Below are positions 49,801-61,899 of a stretch of DNA of 64,000 bases, one piece after another. Below the pieces are notes generated by a model, which saw nothing but the letters and a program-made list of their open reading frames with translations, made no database searches and was not told the origin of the DNA. The stretch is from Camelus dromedarius (taxonomy: Eukaryota): assembly GCF_036321535.1 (NCBI RefSeq), contig NC_087436.1, positions 103,108,001 to 103,172,000 on the forward strand, given 5' to 3'. Both the position numbers and the translations under genes were made by a program. Each line of letters begins with the position of its first letter. The first letter of the stretch is position 1.

Positions 49801-50751
49801 TGACAATATTCAATACTAGAGGCAAGGATATAGTGAGATAAGAATTCTCATAGACTTCATTCAGGAGGATAAGTCATTACAAACTTTATTGGAAAGCAAT
49901 TTGAGAATGAATATACAATATTCAAAATATTTTGCTTACTACTAATGTCTTTCCAAAATTTCCAGTGATGTTATCCTTAATAAAATCACCATAATCCACA
50001 CTATGGGATATTTTACCCATCATGTTTTTGAAAACTAATAAGCTGCTTAGGAGAATATTTATGATATATTATCTAGTGAAAAAAATGCAAGACTATTAAT
50101 TAAGATTTCAAATATGTGTGTTTATTATGTGAGCATTCTAATGTAATTATTTTAATGGTGAGGAGATAAATTTTTATCTTTATATTTCTGAATATTTCAA
50201 ATGATTGCTAATAATCATACAGAACTTTTATAATAGGTAAATTTTTTTAAAAACCTAGCCTCTAAACTCATTAGATATTCAATCAAAACATCTTTTGAAA
50301 GTTGTTAGAGAAAATAAGTCTAATGTTAAAGCAGCCAGTTCACCATGCATCCGAGAAGGGAATAAAAAAGGATGCCATTAAAATTACCAGTTGTACAAGG
50401 GTGCAAGGTGGCACTTGGCAGAGTGTTCGAAGTGATTGGCAGATATTTTCCACTTGAGTGTGGGGCCCAGAATTAAGCATGTCTTATGGGACTGACATCT
50501 TGTGTTCTGAAGTCAAGAGCTATCAGAACAAGGGTGGATAGAGGTTGTTTTTTATCCACCTGGTTTAGACAGGATTGTTAATGCTATCTTCCATTAAACT
50601 CATGACAATATGGAGAAATTGTTATTCTTCTTATTCATGCAGATGCTTTTATATTGGAAAAAAAGATAAAGCTGAAGCTCAACAAAGTTCCATCAGTCTC
50701 AACAGCTGCTAACTCAGTGCATGAGAATTTCCAGAAAGCAAAGCTTTCAAA

Positions 50752-51088
50752 GAGTAAGTTAACTAAACAAGAAAGTCCTTAAACTGAGGAGTCTCTAATG
50801 CCATGGTGACCTGCTTAAGTGAACCAAAATATAAGCTTATAAATGCCTCAACGTTATGAAATTGAAACCTAAGGACAACCAACTACAAATAGCCAACTAG
50901 ACGTTAAGCTATCGCCAATCAATAATTTCCTTTCTTTGCTTCTCCCTTTTCTCTATAGAGCTGTCTCCCCCAGCTCCTGTTGGTGGAGCACTCCTCACCA
51001 CTTCTGGTTTGGCACTGGCCAAGTGGAATCAATTTCTGCTCAAATATATTCTCAAAAATTTCAGTATGCCTCAGTTTATCTCTTAGCA
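50752..51088 (+). mobile_element. ERV1-class LTR (short solo LTR)
   Basis: gacaaccaactacaaatagccaactag...gccaatcaataatttcc...ctataga...ttctgctcaaatatattctcaaaaatttcagtatgcctcagtttatctcttagca shows a CCAAT/TATA-like then U5 layout ending in CA. Confidence 0.65.
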
Positions 51089-51177
51089 AATATATGAGTC
51101 AAAAATAAAATAAAAATTTACTTACTTCCAAAACAGTAAAAATAAAGATAGAATGATACCCACATTGAAAAGACAAA

Positions 51178-51410
51178 TATGGCAGCAGGGCATGGTGGAA
51201 ATTCCTTCTGGAGCAGGAGGCCAGCATTTGGGTCTGTGTCCCAGCTCTGCTATTAATAAGCTGGTTAATTTTTTTATAAGCAGCATATGTTTACTGAGCT
51301 TCATCTCCTCCCTTATAAAAAAAGAGAATGATATCTGCCTTATCTATATATTTCAGCCTTTATCATGAACACTAAATGAAACAACATACATAACAGAGTA
51401 CTGTTATGGT
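51178..51410 (+). mobile_element. MIR SINE
   Basis: ggcagcagggcatggtggaa...tttgggtctgtgtcccagctctgcta...ctgagcttcatctcctcccttataaaa. Confidence 0.65.
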
Positions 51411-51459
51411 GAGTAAATTATTTCATATACCATTTTTAATGTTATTTAGCATAGTATGG

Positions 51460-52445
51460 CAGATCCTCTTTTCAAGTTCCTCCAACTCTCTACACTCATC
51501 CCAATGATTTACCATTTTATAGGAAAGGGTAAACTTATAACCATGTCCTAAAAGCCCTATTCAATCTGATTTACATCTCTGACCACGTCTCCTATTATGG
51601 AACCTCTAGCTCATTCCTCCCTGCTCACCTCCACCCCATGATGACCACTGCACTTACTCTGGACACTCTGTCTCAGAATTCTGATTTATCATTTCCTTTA
51701 ACTACCTCAGAAATCCATCCAGAGAAAAATTTAATTCAAAAAGACACATGCATCCCAATATTCATGGTTGCACTATTTACAACAGCCAAGACACGGAAAC
51801 AACCCAAATGTCCACTGACAAATGACTGGATAAAGAAGTTGTGGTATATTTATACAATGGAATACTACTCAGCCATAAAAATGCCATTTGCAGCAACATG
51901 AATGGACTTGGAGATTGTCATTCTAAGTGAAGTAAGCCAGAAAGAGAAAGAAAAATGCCATATGGTATCACTTACATGTGGAATCTAAAAAAGGACACAA
52001 ATGAACTTATCTACAGAACAGAAACAGATTCACAGACACACAGAACAAACATGGTTACCAGCGGGTAGAGGGAGTGAGAAAGGATACATTGGGAATTCGA
52101 AAACTGCACCTCTTGGGGAGTGATAGAAATGTTAGCTAGCTATCTTGATTGTGGTGGTGGTTTCACTGGTGTATACATCTATCAAAATTCATCAAATTGT
52201 ATATTTGAAATATGTGTAGTTTACTGTACAGGAACCATACAACAATAAAGGTGTAAAAAAAAATATCCAAATGGTTTCATCTTTCAACACTTCCAACTCT
52301 CCATCCAAATGTTTTATTATTATTGAGGTCTACTCTCACCATAGTCTTTAAAATGGCACCCTTCCTCTTTGGCATCTCAATCCCATTTTAACTATTTTAC
52401 TTGTTTGTTTAACAGTCTGCCTCACAGAACTACAATGTAAGCTTT
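51460..52445 (+). mobile_element. L2 fragment interrupted by the L1 at 51716-52263
   Basis: aaacttataaccatgtcctaaaagcccta...cctcagaaatcca | aatggtttcatc...gtctgcctcacagaactacaatgtaagct. Confidence 0.6.
51716..52263 (+). mobile_element. 5'-truncated lineage-specific L1 with atypical 3' end
   Basis: ORF 51638-51901 gives HPEKNLIQKDTCIPIFMVALFTTAKTRKQPKCPLTNDWIKKLWYIYTMEYYSAIK. Ends aataaaggtgt plus poly(A). Confidence 0.9.
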
Positions 52446-53334
52446 CTTCACCTGGAATGAGAATGGGAAATGTGAAGGCTAAGGAGCCATCTTGTGATTT
52501 TAGGAATAAAAGTCACACACCAAGGATGTAGGGAAAGTAACATAAACAGAGTCAAATGTTTGATGATATCTCTGAATTCATAAAATTAAATTATGACCAA
52601 TAATTATTAACCCTTTCAAACCCAACCTCATGGATGGATGTATTTTAATGGGAAAACACTCCCACTGTCAGGGATTGATATCCAGGGGTGGCTCTGGAAG
52701 CCTATGGATCCAGTCACAAAGGAAGATATTTTGAGGAAGAGTGGCACTGAAATCAGACTAAAGGATATAACCATGGATTCTCTTTCTTCAAATGCATGGT
52801 CACTAATTTCAGGACCATGGAAAAGGGAGTTACCCAGTCTTTTGAACTGAGCAAAATACACCCCTATATCAATGTCTTCTAAGGCAAGTGTTAGGAAGAG
52901 TCAGGATTTTGCAATAATCAGTCCTGTGGAAGATCAGAGATACAAGTAGAGATACTGATGATACTGCTTGTCAATAAAAAGAAGAAAAGCTAACTTCTAA
53001 CTTCTTTATGCATACGATACAACCAATGAACTAATAAAGTACGTATATTGAAGAATCTCTAAAAACTAAGGGTACAATATTTCTGTGCTCACCAAAGATA
53101 AATATTATTGTCCACAGTGTAGCCTAAGTATCCTTTTGAAAATAATACTGAAAACAACAAACAAATACTGAAAACAACAAACAACAACCATGATAAAAAG
53201 TATATAGGCAATGGAACTCTTAAATATTACATAAGAAAAGTAATATTCCAAAGTTAAACCACATCAAATGACAGTTGAAACTATTCCCTTCTCAATTCCC
53301 ACCAGTCAACGCTGTTAATGAACTGAATTTCCCT

Positions 53335-53545
53335 TAGGATGGTACAGTGGAAAGAGCTTAGTCTTTGAAATCAAACGGACATAGTCCAAATCTCAGCGTC
53401 CTCTCACATCAATTGTGGTTTTAGACATGTTCGTCTGCGTGTCTCCGGTTTAGCAGTTAAAATCTAGGCCATTATCACATGCATCTTATTTATAGGGTAA
53501 TGTGATTACTAAGTGATAACATGCATTTACATTTCTAAGAACATT
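53335..53545 (+). mobile_element. MIR SINE
   Basis: tggtacagtggaaagagcttagtctttgaaatcaaacggacatagtccaaatctcagc...cttatttatagggtaatgtgattactaagtgataac. Confidence 0.7.
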
Positions 53546-53634
53546 GCTGTTCTCCTTTCTGAACTAGTTAATCGGGGGATAAGGTTCAAGGGAATCAGTC
53601 TATTGTTCTCTTTTGACTGTTTTCTACTCAGAAA

Positions 53635-54102
53635 AGTGGCCTAAAGCTCAGTGTGGTCCTAGGAGTCCTTGGGGGTCCTTTGGACTCTCTCAGGGTTCAC
53701 ATGGTTCTGCATTTTCCAATTGCATTATCTGCATGAAACCAGATTTTCTTCACATACTTCAACCAAAAGAGCACATACACTGCAGACTGAATGGAGGAGT
53801 ACCTCTGAGAGTCCAGGTGACTTCTGTCAAGCCAGATACCCAAAAAGTTTGCAAAACTGTAGAGTGATGTCACTGTTCTCGTTAATTTATTTTGTTTTGT
53901 GAAACACATTTTCCACAAAATACGTTCTAGGTATTAATATATAGGTTTATCATCATTTTAAAATAAATAAATATTTTTATTTTGTTCTCGGTTTTCATTT
54001 CTAACTCAAAAATATTAATATCTTTAACCTGCATAAACACAGACATTCTGGGGATGTTCAATAATTTTTAGGGCTATAAAGGGTAGAGACCAAAAAGCAC
54101 TG
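53635..54102 (+). mobile_element. Charlie2/MER119-like hAT DNA transposon derivative
   Basis: agtgtggtcctaggagtccttgggggtcc...acttcaaccaaaagagcacatacactgcagactgaatg...caataatttttagggctataaagggtagagaccaaaaagcactg. Confidence 0.7.
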
Positions 54103-54949
54103 CAGACTTAAACAGCTACTCCTTGGCATTTACCACAACCATATAAAATAAGTTTAGGTTATCATCTCTTTTCTCAGGAAATAAAATTCAGGTTAGATAT
54201 ACACATCCAAAAGTATACATATTCAAAACTACATATTCAAAAAGACATTCATATTCAAAATATATTCAAAATCATACACATTCAACAACGTATTCTATGA
54301 TAAATAAATCACTAATTTATTTGGAAAACAGTATTCCCTTAATTGCATTCTGTTTTTATGATCCAAAATTGGCTTTGCCATGGAATCCAAAGAAAAACTA
54401 CGGCAATTTGGTCATCTTATAATACCATTAGAATTGTGCGAGATAACCATGAAAATATGTAGGTAGGCATTTGCTACCTGCTGCTCTATCTGTCCTGGAC
54501 CGAAACATTGATAGTCCTGAGCCTCAATCCATATTGAAAATGTCTGCAGGCCTGAACAATAAAGAGCAATATTATACATAATTATAGCCTAAGCTTCTGT
54601 AATAAATACTACTGTGTTAAAAAGAAAAGTCCAAGGAAGTGAACACACATCAGCAGAAGGGAAACATAAACACTCTAAGATGGTGGTATGCCAGGGTAAT
54701 ACGGAAAGTATGTTTAAAATCTTAATATGACTAGAAATACATTAAATACCATTTGCAAGGAGGTTTTGCTTATCAGGGAATAAAATTAATCCTGTGCTAT
54801 TTTTTAGTCACCAAAGTTGCGCCGGACAAATTAAGTGTCATAAACATGTAGATACGTTTTCTTTCTATCCACGTTGATTGATTACACAAATTTTACTATC
54901 AGCAGAAAATTAACTGAATTCACTTAATATAAGATAAAGGCATCTTAAA

Positions 54950-55106
54950 GGCTGACTTACCTCCATTTCCCCGTCAGATGCTTCCTCCAGGCTTCCTTCC
55001 ACACCTTGCTCTGGGCTGCATGGGGCTGACTTACCTCCATTTCCCCATCAGATGCTTCCTCCAGGCTTCCTTCCACACCTTGCTCTGGGCTGCAGGGGGC
55101 TGACTT
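54950..55106. repeat. 74-bp tandem duplication (2 copies)
   Basis: Units start at 54951 and 55025 and are 72/74 identical. ggctgactt occurs at 54950, 55024 and 55098. Confidence 0.95.
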
Positions 55107-55410
55107 GCAGGGACTACATCATCTCAATATCCCAACTTCTCCATCCTCAGTTTTGGTTTGGGCCACAGAGGCAGCAGCAGAGAACTGGTGCACTGAAGAG
55201 ACAGAGAGAGACAGAGAGAGAGAGTGAGAATTGAATCCTTCCTCTCTTTATTGCCTGCAGTTTTTACAATGATTGCTTTCCTCTTCCTTGGGGATCAAAC
55301 TCCCACAGCTGCCACTCTCACCAGGTGCTGGGTCCCACTCATTTTCCTCTATCATATTGTTCCTCTAGGCGAACAGTAGTAAAGGCATCCAGTCTCTGTA
55401 AGCAGCCTTT
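54990..55410 (-). mobile_element. ERVL LTR (LTR33/LTR16-like)
   Basis: ttgctctgggctgcagggggctgacttgcagggactacatc...ttggtttgggccacagaggcagcagcagagaactgg...gagagag resembles antisense LTR33. Confidence 0.55.
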
Positions 55411-55919
55411 ACGTTACACTTTTACTAGACCTTCCTGAATTGACATTTGGGATGCGTCCTGCTGATCGGTACAGCTGTTGTTTCAGAATCTTCCACAATC
55501 CAGAGTGATTTTCAGTATCATGGGAAGATGCTGTCCATGTACTAGGATGCTGTTTGGTAGACCAAACTGTTACTGAAAGCTCATTGACTAACTTATTTCC
55601 ACTATAAGGAATCAAGTTTAGTTTTTGTTGTACTAGCCAATAAAACCAACCAGACTATTTCATATAATTTTATCTACAATACGTAACAGGCAAAACTTTT
55701 GCTGAGTTTTAAGTTTCCTTGTATTTCAAGCAAATTAGATATGTGCAACGTTGAAACCACCATGAGCAAATTGATTACTAAAAAGTGAATGCCAACTCAT
55801 TTAATATGTATTTTTACTAAATAGCAAGGTGAAATAACAAGATACATGGGTTCCTTGATGGTACCAGTGTCATATCTAAGAAATTGAAGAGGTATAGTGT
55901 CAAATTATAGGTTTTTTTT

Positions 55920-56070
55920 AACTAACAACAATTATAATAATAGTCTAAGTACTTTACATGTATTGAATCATATTAACCTCCTAAAAACTCTATGAGGCAA
56001 GGGCTTGGTCACAGAGAGATTAATCACTTGCCCCAAATCACACAGTAGATGGCTGAGGTGGAAATACAAC
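55920..56070 (-). mobile_element. MIR SINE
   Basis: ctaagtactttacatgtattgaatcatattaacctcctaaaaactctatgagg...cacagagagattaatcacttgccccaaatcacacagt. Confidence 0.75.
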
Positions 56071-57199
56071 AAAAGTGAAAAGTAATTAAATTGGCCTTTG
56101 AAGGTATCATTTTCTTTACTTCTTTTAATAAAAATAATAATAGAATTTCCAAAGAGATTAAGAAATTGACGTTTCCAGGTTAAACTAAAGTTTTATGACC
56201 CGTATCAGTAAATTCTATTTTACTTTTACTCAATTATATTTTAGTTGAAATAATTTTCACTTGAACATTGATTGCCTTAAGCTTCTCTCTTATCACTTGG
56301 TTTTATTTTATGAGAAGAGAAAAATCATCTCAATGTAACTGTATCACAGAGATAAATGAAAGAACAAATGAAGGAATCACATGACACACAAGAAACAGCT
56401 CCATCCCTGGCATTCCTGGCTCACACTTTCTCCAGGTCTGCCTTTGGTGACTCATCAAATCTTCATAAAATGGCTGGGGTGTAGGTGGGACTGGCCCTGT
56501 GCTGGAAAATTCACCTTTATTTTACCTTAGGTCTCTGTGTCGTGATAGTGATGACAGATGTAATTATTTTGTTCATATTTATCCCCCTCATGATATGTCC
56601 ATCATGAGGAGAGTTTGTATGTTTTCCAAATTAAGAAAATTAAGGAAGCATTTTTCTGAGTTGAACGTAGACCTGAAGGAAGAAGAGGTCTTGTCTAAAT
56701 GGAGAAGGCTGTGGACAAAGGAAATATTCCAAGGAAGGGTTCAACTGGCAGAAAGTAAGTCCTGGACAGAAGGGATGTTTAGATTTTTCTGAGATGTAAG
56801 ACTCAACATTGTGACTGGAATTCAGAATATTCTAGATACTGAGGTCTAGATCTTATGTTTTTAGAAAAAAATAGATTATTTTCTATATTCAGTTCAGGAG
56901 ATAGAAATTTTAAGAAACTCTGCTTCAAGTTTCTAATATGAAGTCCATAGTTCCAGCCTGTGTAAAGTCACTGGCTCTCTTTTGTTTTCCATAGTCTCCC
57001 ATTCTGGAGGGAGAACACGACAAAGGGAACTGAGTGAAGAATGAAATGTCATGGGGGATTTACCTTGAAAACAGTCTATGAAGGAAGTGTCTCAATAATT
57101 GCTCTTAAGGGATTTTATCCATGGAAAAAACTTGAGTAACAAATGGAGAACAGGATACATCATAACATGAAATTATAATAAAGTTATGAGAAGAACAAT

Positions 57200-58150
57200 T
57201 TAATTAGTACCTATTAGGCATTTTGAATGTATTATATGTAATCCTTACAGATCCTTACAGTAGTGGTACATTTATCCACATTTTATAGAAAAGAAAACTG
57301 AGTCACACAACTTGCTCAAGTTTACATAGCAGTGCTGGAATTATAAGCATGGCTAATCTAACATCAAAGCCCTCGCTCTTTCTACTCTACCTCCCTTGAG
57401 AGGAAACACGGGTCTTCTCAAAACAAAGTTCAGTACTAACATGGGAAAGAACTAAGAAGGATGGGAGTTGTGGATTAAAGATTGAAAATATATAGAAATG
57501 TATCATTTTAAATGACTGAATTCTTCTTTCATTCACTGGACTTTTTTAAATGTAAGATTTATGGTTTTAAGAAAATGTTTTTCATAAAAATAGATGGATT
57601 TGTCTATAATGGGCTCATGGGGAGGATTCAGTGCAATGTAAGAGATGGGAGAAACAAGAATATATACCCACTGACTTTTAATCTCAGAGAATGCATGTTT
57701 CCTGGAAAGCTGACTCTACACAGCTTTGACCACTTGCTTTGTGAAAATATTTTTGACTCAATTTTGAATTCAACAAGTTGGACTCAATTTTATAGCTTGC
57801 ACTATAGGTCAAGTAATTTTTAACTACCACATAATACACACATTATTCAATTTAATACTGTTGAAATCCTAGAAACAGGCATTGTAATCCACATTTTACG
57901 AATGGGGAATCTGAGACTTAGCGACATTATACAACTTTCACTTAAGACTCTATGAGGAATATTTGTTTGTGGTTACTGTATACCAGAGAGTGTGCTAAAT
58001 AGCTTAAATTAGCTACCTCAATATAGCCAACACTACCAACAGGGATGATAATGATGACAGTGATGATGAGGATAATCATGACGATGAAGACTATGATAAT
58101 ATCCATTTTAGAGGTGAGGAACTTGGGTCAACATCTCTACCCACTGTACC
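57200..58150 (-). mobile_element. Cluster of about three MIR remnants
   Basis: atccacattttatagaaaagaaaactgagtcac (~57275); atccacattttacgaatggggaatctgagac (~57888); atccattttagaggtgaggaacttgggtc (~58101). Confidence 0.65.
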
Positions 58151-60221
58151 TTGCATACTGAACTTAACAAGTGAAATGTTTGAGGGCTCACTTTAAGACA
58201 CAGAATTCCAGCATGAGAATATTTTTTTTGTTCCACTCTGGTGACCATTCATAGAATGTAAGGAATGTTAAATTTGTATTTAGAGTTTAAAAGCCAATTC
58301 CAAGTACCAGAGCCTTGAGACCTGATTATCATCCATCTGTGGCAATTAAACTAATGGCCTCCATTCTAAGAAGAACTATTGCTTTGGCATCTCATTTATT
58401 TCATTACTCAAGCTCCTTTTTCCAGCTGTGATCATATGCTGACTGGGATATGCATAAATGAAAATCAGAGAGTCCTAAATACCCTAATATAATGTATTGG
58501 CTTAAAATCCAACACCTTGGAGACTTCATGGGAAATTACTTCTTGTTTAGAAATATTTTAATAACCTTGGCTCTGAAATGCTCTTAGATGGCCAATTCAA
58601 GCAAGAGCTGATGGCATTAAATGAGAGAGCAAAAAATTAGTTGGTTTTGAGCATGAAGATGAGTAATTATAAATTTATAAATGGAATCTAAAGTGTTTGG
58701 GATGCTAAACCAAAATGTAATATAGAATGACAGTCCAGAAACCCTATTCTATTGCAACTTTTATGTGATCTGCATGTTTCATTTGATCTAATTGAACTGT
58801 ATTTATCTCCTCCTCTCTCCTGTTCTTTATGTCGCATGCACATAACATGGGCTCACTCTTCCACATGCCCGTCTACACTAGAAAACACTGTGGATAATAC
58901 ACTTGCTCCTCCTCATGCAGTCCACTGCTTTCACTTTACCACTCATTTAATATTATATTTGAAAACATGTAAAACGATGAAAGCAGTATAACTAAATTGA
59001 TTGTACATACAGATAAACTGAATACACTGTTAAACTATATGATAAAAGTATGTACATATGTGTTAACAAATACTAACAGAATCAGCACCAAGAAAAAATT
59101 TTTATTCATTTCAGAAAAGAAATGAAAAATTTTTCCGTATTTGTCACTTCTAAATATTAAAAAAAAATTGTTTGAAATTCACAAATGTATCCAGGTCCGT
59201 AGATTAATTACTACATATATAGGAAGCTAGTTTAACTAAAAATTTTAAAGACAGTATCTTATAATTTATATAAAAACACAGTTAGCCCTGTATTTGAGGA
59301 TGAATAAATGATTAAGTTAGGAAAATGTTAACTTTCTTCATATTTAACACATCAGAACAGCTATTCTCAATAAGGAACATGTACCCTGAAGGATTTATCA
59401 AAAACTTACGACGCATAAAGTAATCAAACAGCTCCCTGACCCTCCTCTATTGGAGACCACCGCTTCCACTGTCAGGAGTATGCCATGTATTCAGAAGACC
59501 ATATTTGGAGAAGTGAGGGGATTAAGTATAGAACTGTTCGACCTAAGTCACATTTGAAAGAAACACTGTCAGCACCTCCCATAGGCTTTGGGGAATATTA
59601 TTGGAGAAAATACTTTGAAACTGAAATGTACTGACGTACATAAGGAGCAGTAAAGATTCCGGCAGCATCCTCACTGCCACAGAGGGCCAGAGTAGCTAGT
59701 CTAATTACCATCCTAAAGGATGTATCTCTGTTTTGAGGGAAACAAAAAGGTTATAAACTTCATTGGGGAAAGGGGGTGCTGACCTCTATATGAACTTACG
59801 TTTAGTGTTTATGGGGATCCTGTTGTTCTACGGGTTATTTTTCCATTATTTAAATTATAATATAACAACTGCTGGTTGCAAAATATTCAAAAATAAAAAA
59901 GGTTATTCTAAATATTCCCTTTCTCCATATTATGTCCTAATTTTAGGGTAATTTTCTCTTTGTGTATATTCATACATAAAGGGATGAACAACACTGGACC
60001 ACAAACATGTATGTGTCTATACATATATGTGCATACATGTGTATATGCTCATGAATTTTTAAAAATATCATATATAGAACTTGTTCTCTGATTTTTTAAA
60101 CTTAGTAATATGGCAGGGATGTCTCTTTGTATCTATTCACATAATGCCACCTTATTCTTTTTAATTTCAAAATAAATATTATCCTGTAACATTCATATAC
60201 AATGGGAGGATTTGGGAGGAC

Positions 60222-60368
60222 TGCAGTATGGTTCTCAAGAGTGCTAACTTGAGTACTTAATTGCTGATTCCAGAAGTAGGCTTTTTACATTCAAATTCAA
60301 GTTCAGTCACTTGCTAGCAGTATTAAACAGTTTTACACTCTTTGTGCCTAAGTTTTCTTACCTACAAA

Positions 60369-60420
<52 letters not shown>

Positions 60421-60458
60421 ATTGAAATCATAAGAATGTTTTAAGGATTGAATGGTTA
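60222..60458 (+). mobile_element. MIR SINE with (TAA)~15 expansion at 60373-60419
   Basis: ttcaaattcaagttcagtcacttgctagc...ctctttgtgcctaagttttcttacctacaaaatggtaataata...tcataagaatgttttaaggattgaatg. Confidence 0.85.
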
Positions 60459-60459
60459 A

Positions 60460-61290
60460 TTCAGTCATTCAATTTATTCAACAAATATTTACTAAGCCCT
60501 TTCTAGAGGCCAGATAGATCAAAGCACTTTTGACTCTTCACTAAACAAAGCTGACACAGATTTTTTTCTCACGGAGCTTACATTCTAGCAAGGGGGATAC
60601 AGAACACTTAGAAATGGAAATAAAATAAATACGTAAACTATACAGCATGTTGCAGTCAGTACAATGCACAACAGGAAAAATAGAAAAAGGAGTGCAGTTG
60701 GCTAGAACACAGTGAGTGAGGGGTGAAGCAGCAGAAGATCAGTTTATAGAGACAAGGCGGACAGGGAGGACCAATAGGGTAAGTGTTTGTAGAACACTGA
60801 AAGAACTTGGGAACCATTGCAGGCCTCAGACTGGAGGAGTGGCATCAACATATTTATATTTGAAAAGATTCCTTTGGCTGCTAACTGGGTAAGAGTATGC
60901 AGGTGGGAAACAAGCATAGAAGCTACTGCAGTCAAACCTAGACATAACTGATGATGACTCAGGCCATGGTATCAGTAACTGAATTGGTTGGAAGCCACTG
61001 GATTGAGATAGAATTTAAAGGTTAAGGAAATAGGATATACTGATGAACAGAATTTGAGGCACTGGAGAAAGCAAGCATTCAGAGGTGGCTTCAAGCATTT
61101 TGCCCTTAATCCTGGAAGGATGGAACTGTCATCGAATGGAAATGGGGAAATTATGGAAGAAGGAGGCTGAGCAGAGAAAACCAGGAGGTACATTTTGGTT
61201 GTTAAGTCTGCAGTCTCCATAACGTCCCAATGGAGATATTGAGAAGCCAGTTGTTAAACTATGTAACTCACGCTTAGAAATGGCTCTCAG
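60460..61290 (-). mobile_element. L2 LINE 3' region
   Basis: ttcattcaatttattcaacaaatatttactaagcc...ctcacggagcttacattctagc...gggaaccattgcaggcc...ggaaggatggaactgtcat. Confidence 0.85.
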
Positions 61291-61899
61291 ACATACTCTG
61301 ATGAAAGCCAATTTTGTTGGATTATAACAAAAGGTTTCTTAAGGAGATGATTATGATGCCTCATGTACAATGAGTACTAGGTTAGTGGATGTAAAATTTG
61401 TTGCCACATTTCTAGCGTCTAGCAGTACGTGCATGGTTTAAACAATGGACAGACTACTGAGTGCTGGCTGTTGTAATGAGTCCCCACACAGAGGCCATAC
61501 ACAGTTAGAGCCACTAGATGCCTATAGTGTCAAAGTGCTGGGCCTAGTTCACCAGAAAAAGAAGAATTAGAAGGAATCACGCTCACCACTCAGATTCTGG
61601 GAGAGCTCAGATGGTCTGATAGACTCCACACAGACCAAGAAAAAGGATCAGCTGGAGCCAGTAACAGCAAAGACGTCTCTCTGAGCTTAGTGACCTTGAT
61701 GTGACAAAGCTGTAACACTGGAGTGTCTGTAAAAAGGTATTCAAGAAATGACAGGGGATTCTCAGACTGACCCCACCCCTCTGGGAAGAGTTTCATCCTC
61801 CCTACTCCAAGGTTACTGGAGATTTTGTGTTGCTTAATGGAAGGGTCGTGCCTTATCCTTCACCTTTCTTGATTTAACAGCATTATTTGGCGTAATTGG

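Noticed and set aside
52638..52850. 70-aa ATG ORF with natural-looking composition
   Set aside because: No recognisable homology or exon boundaries, and it is adjacent to an MLT1-like remnant (~52450-52600). Likely decayed repeat or chance.
54950..55106. CRISPR-like repeat array
   Set aside because: Only two directly adjacent copies with no unique spacers, no cas genes, and a eukaryotic context.
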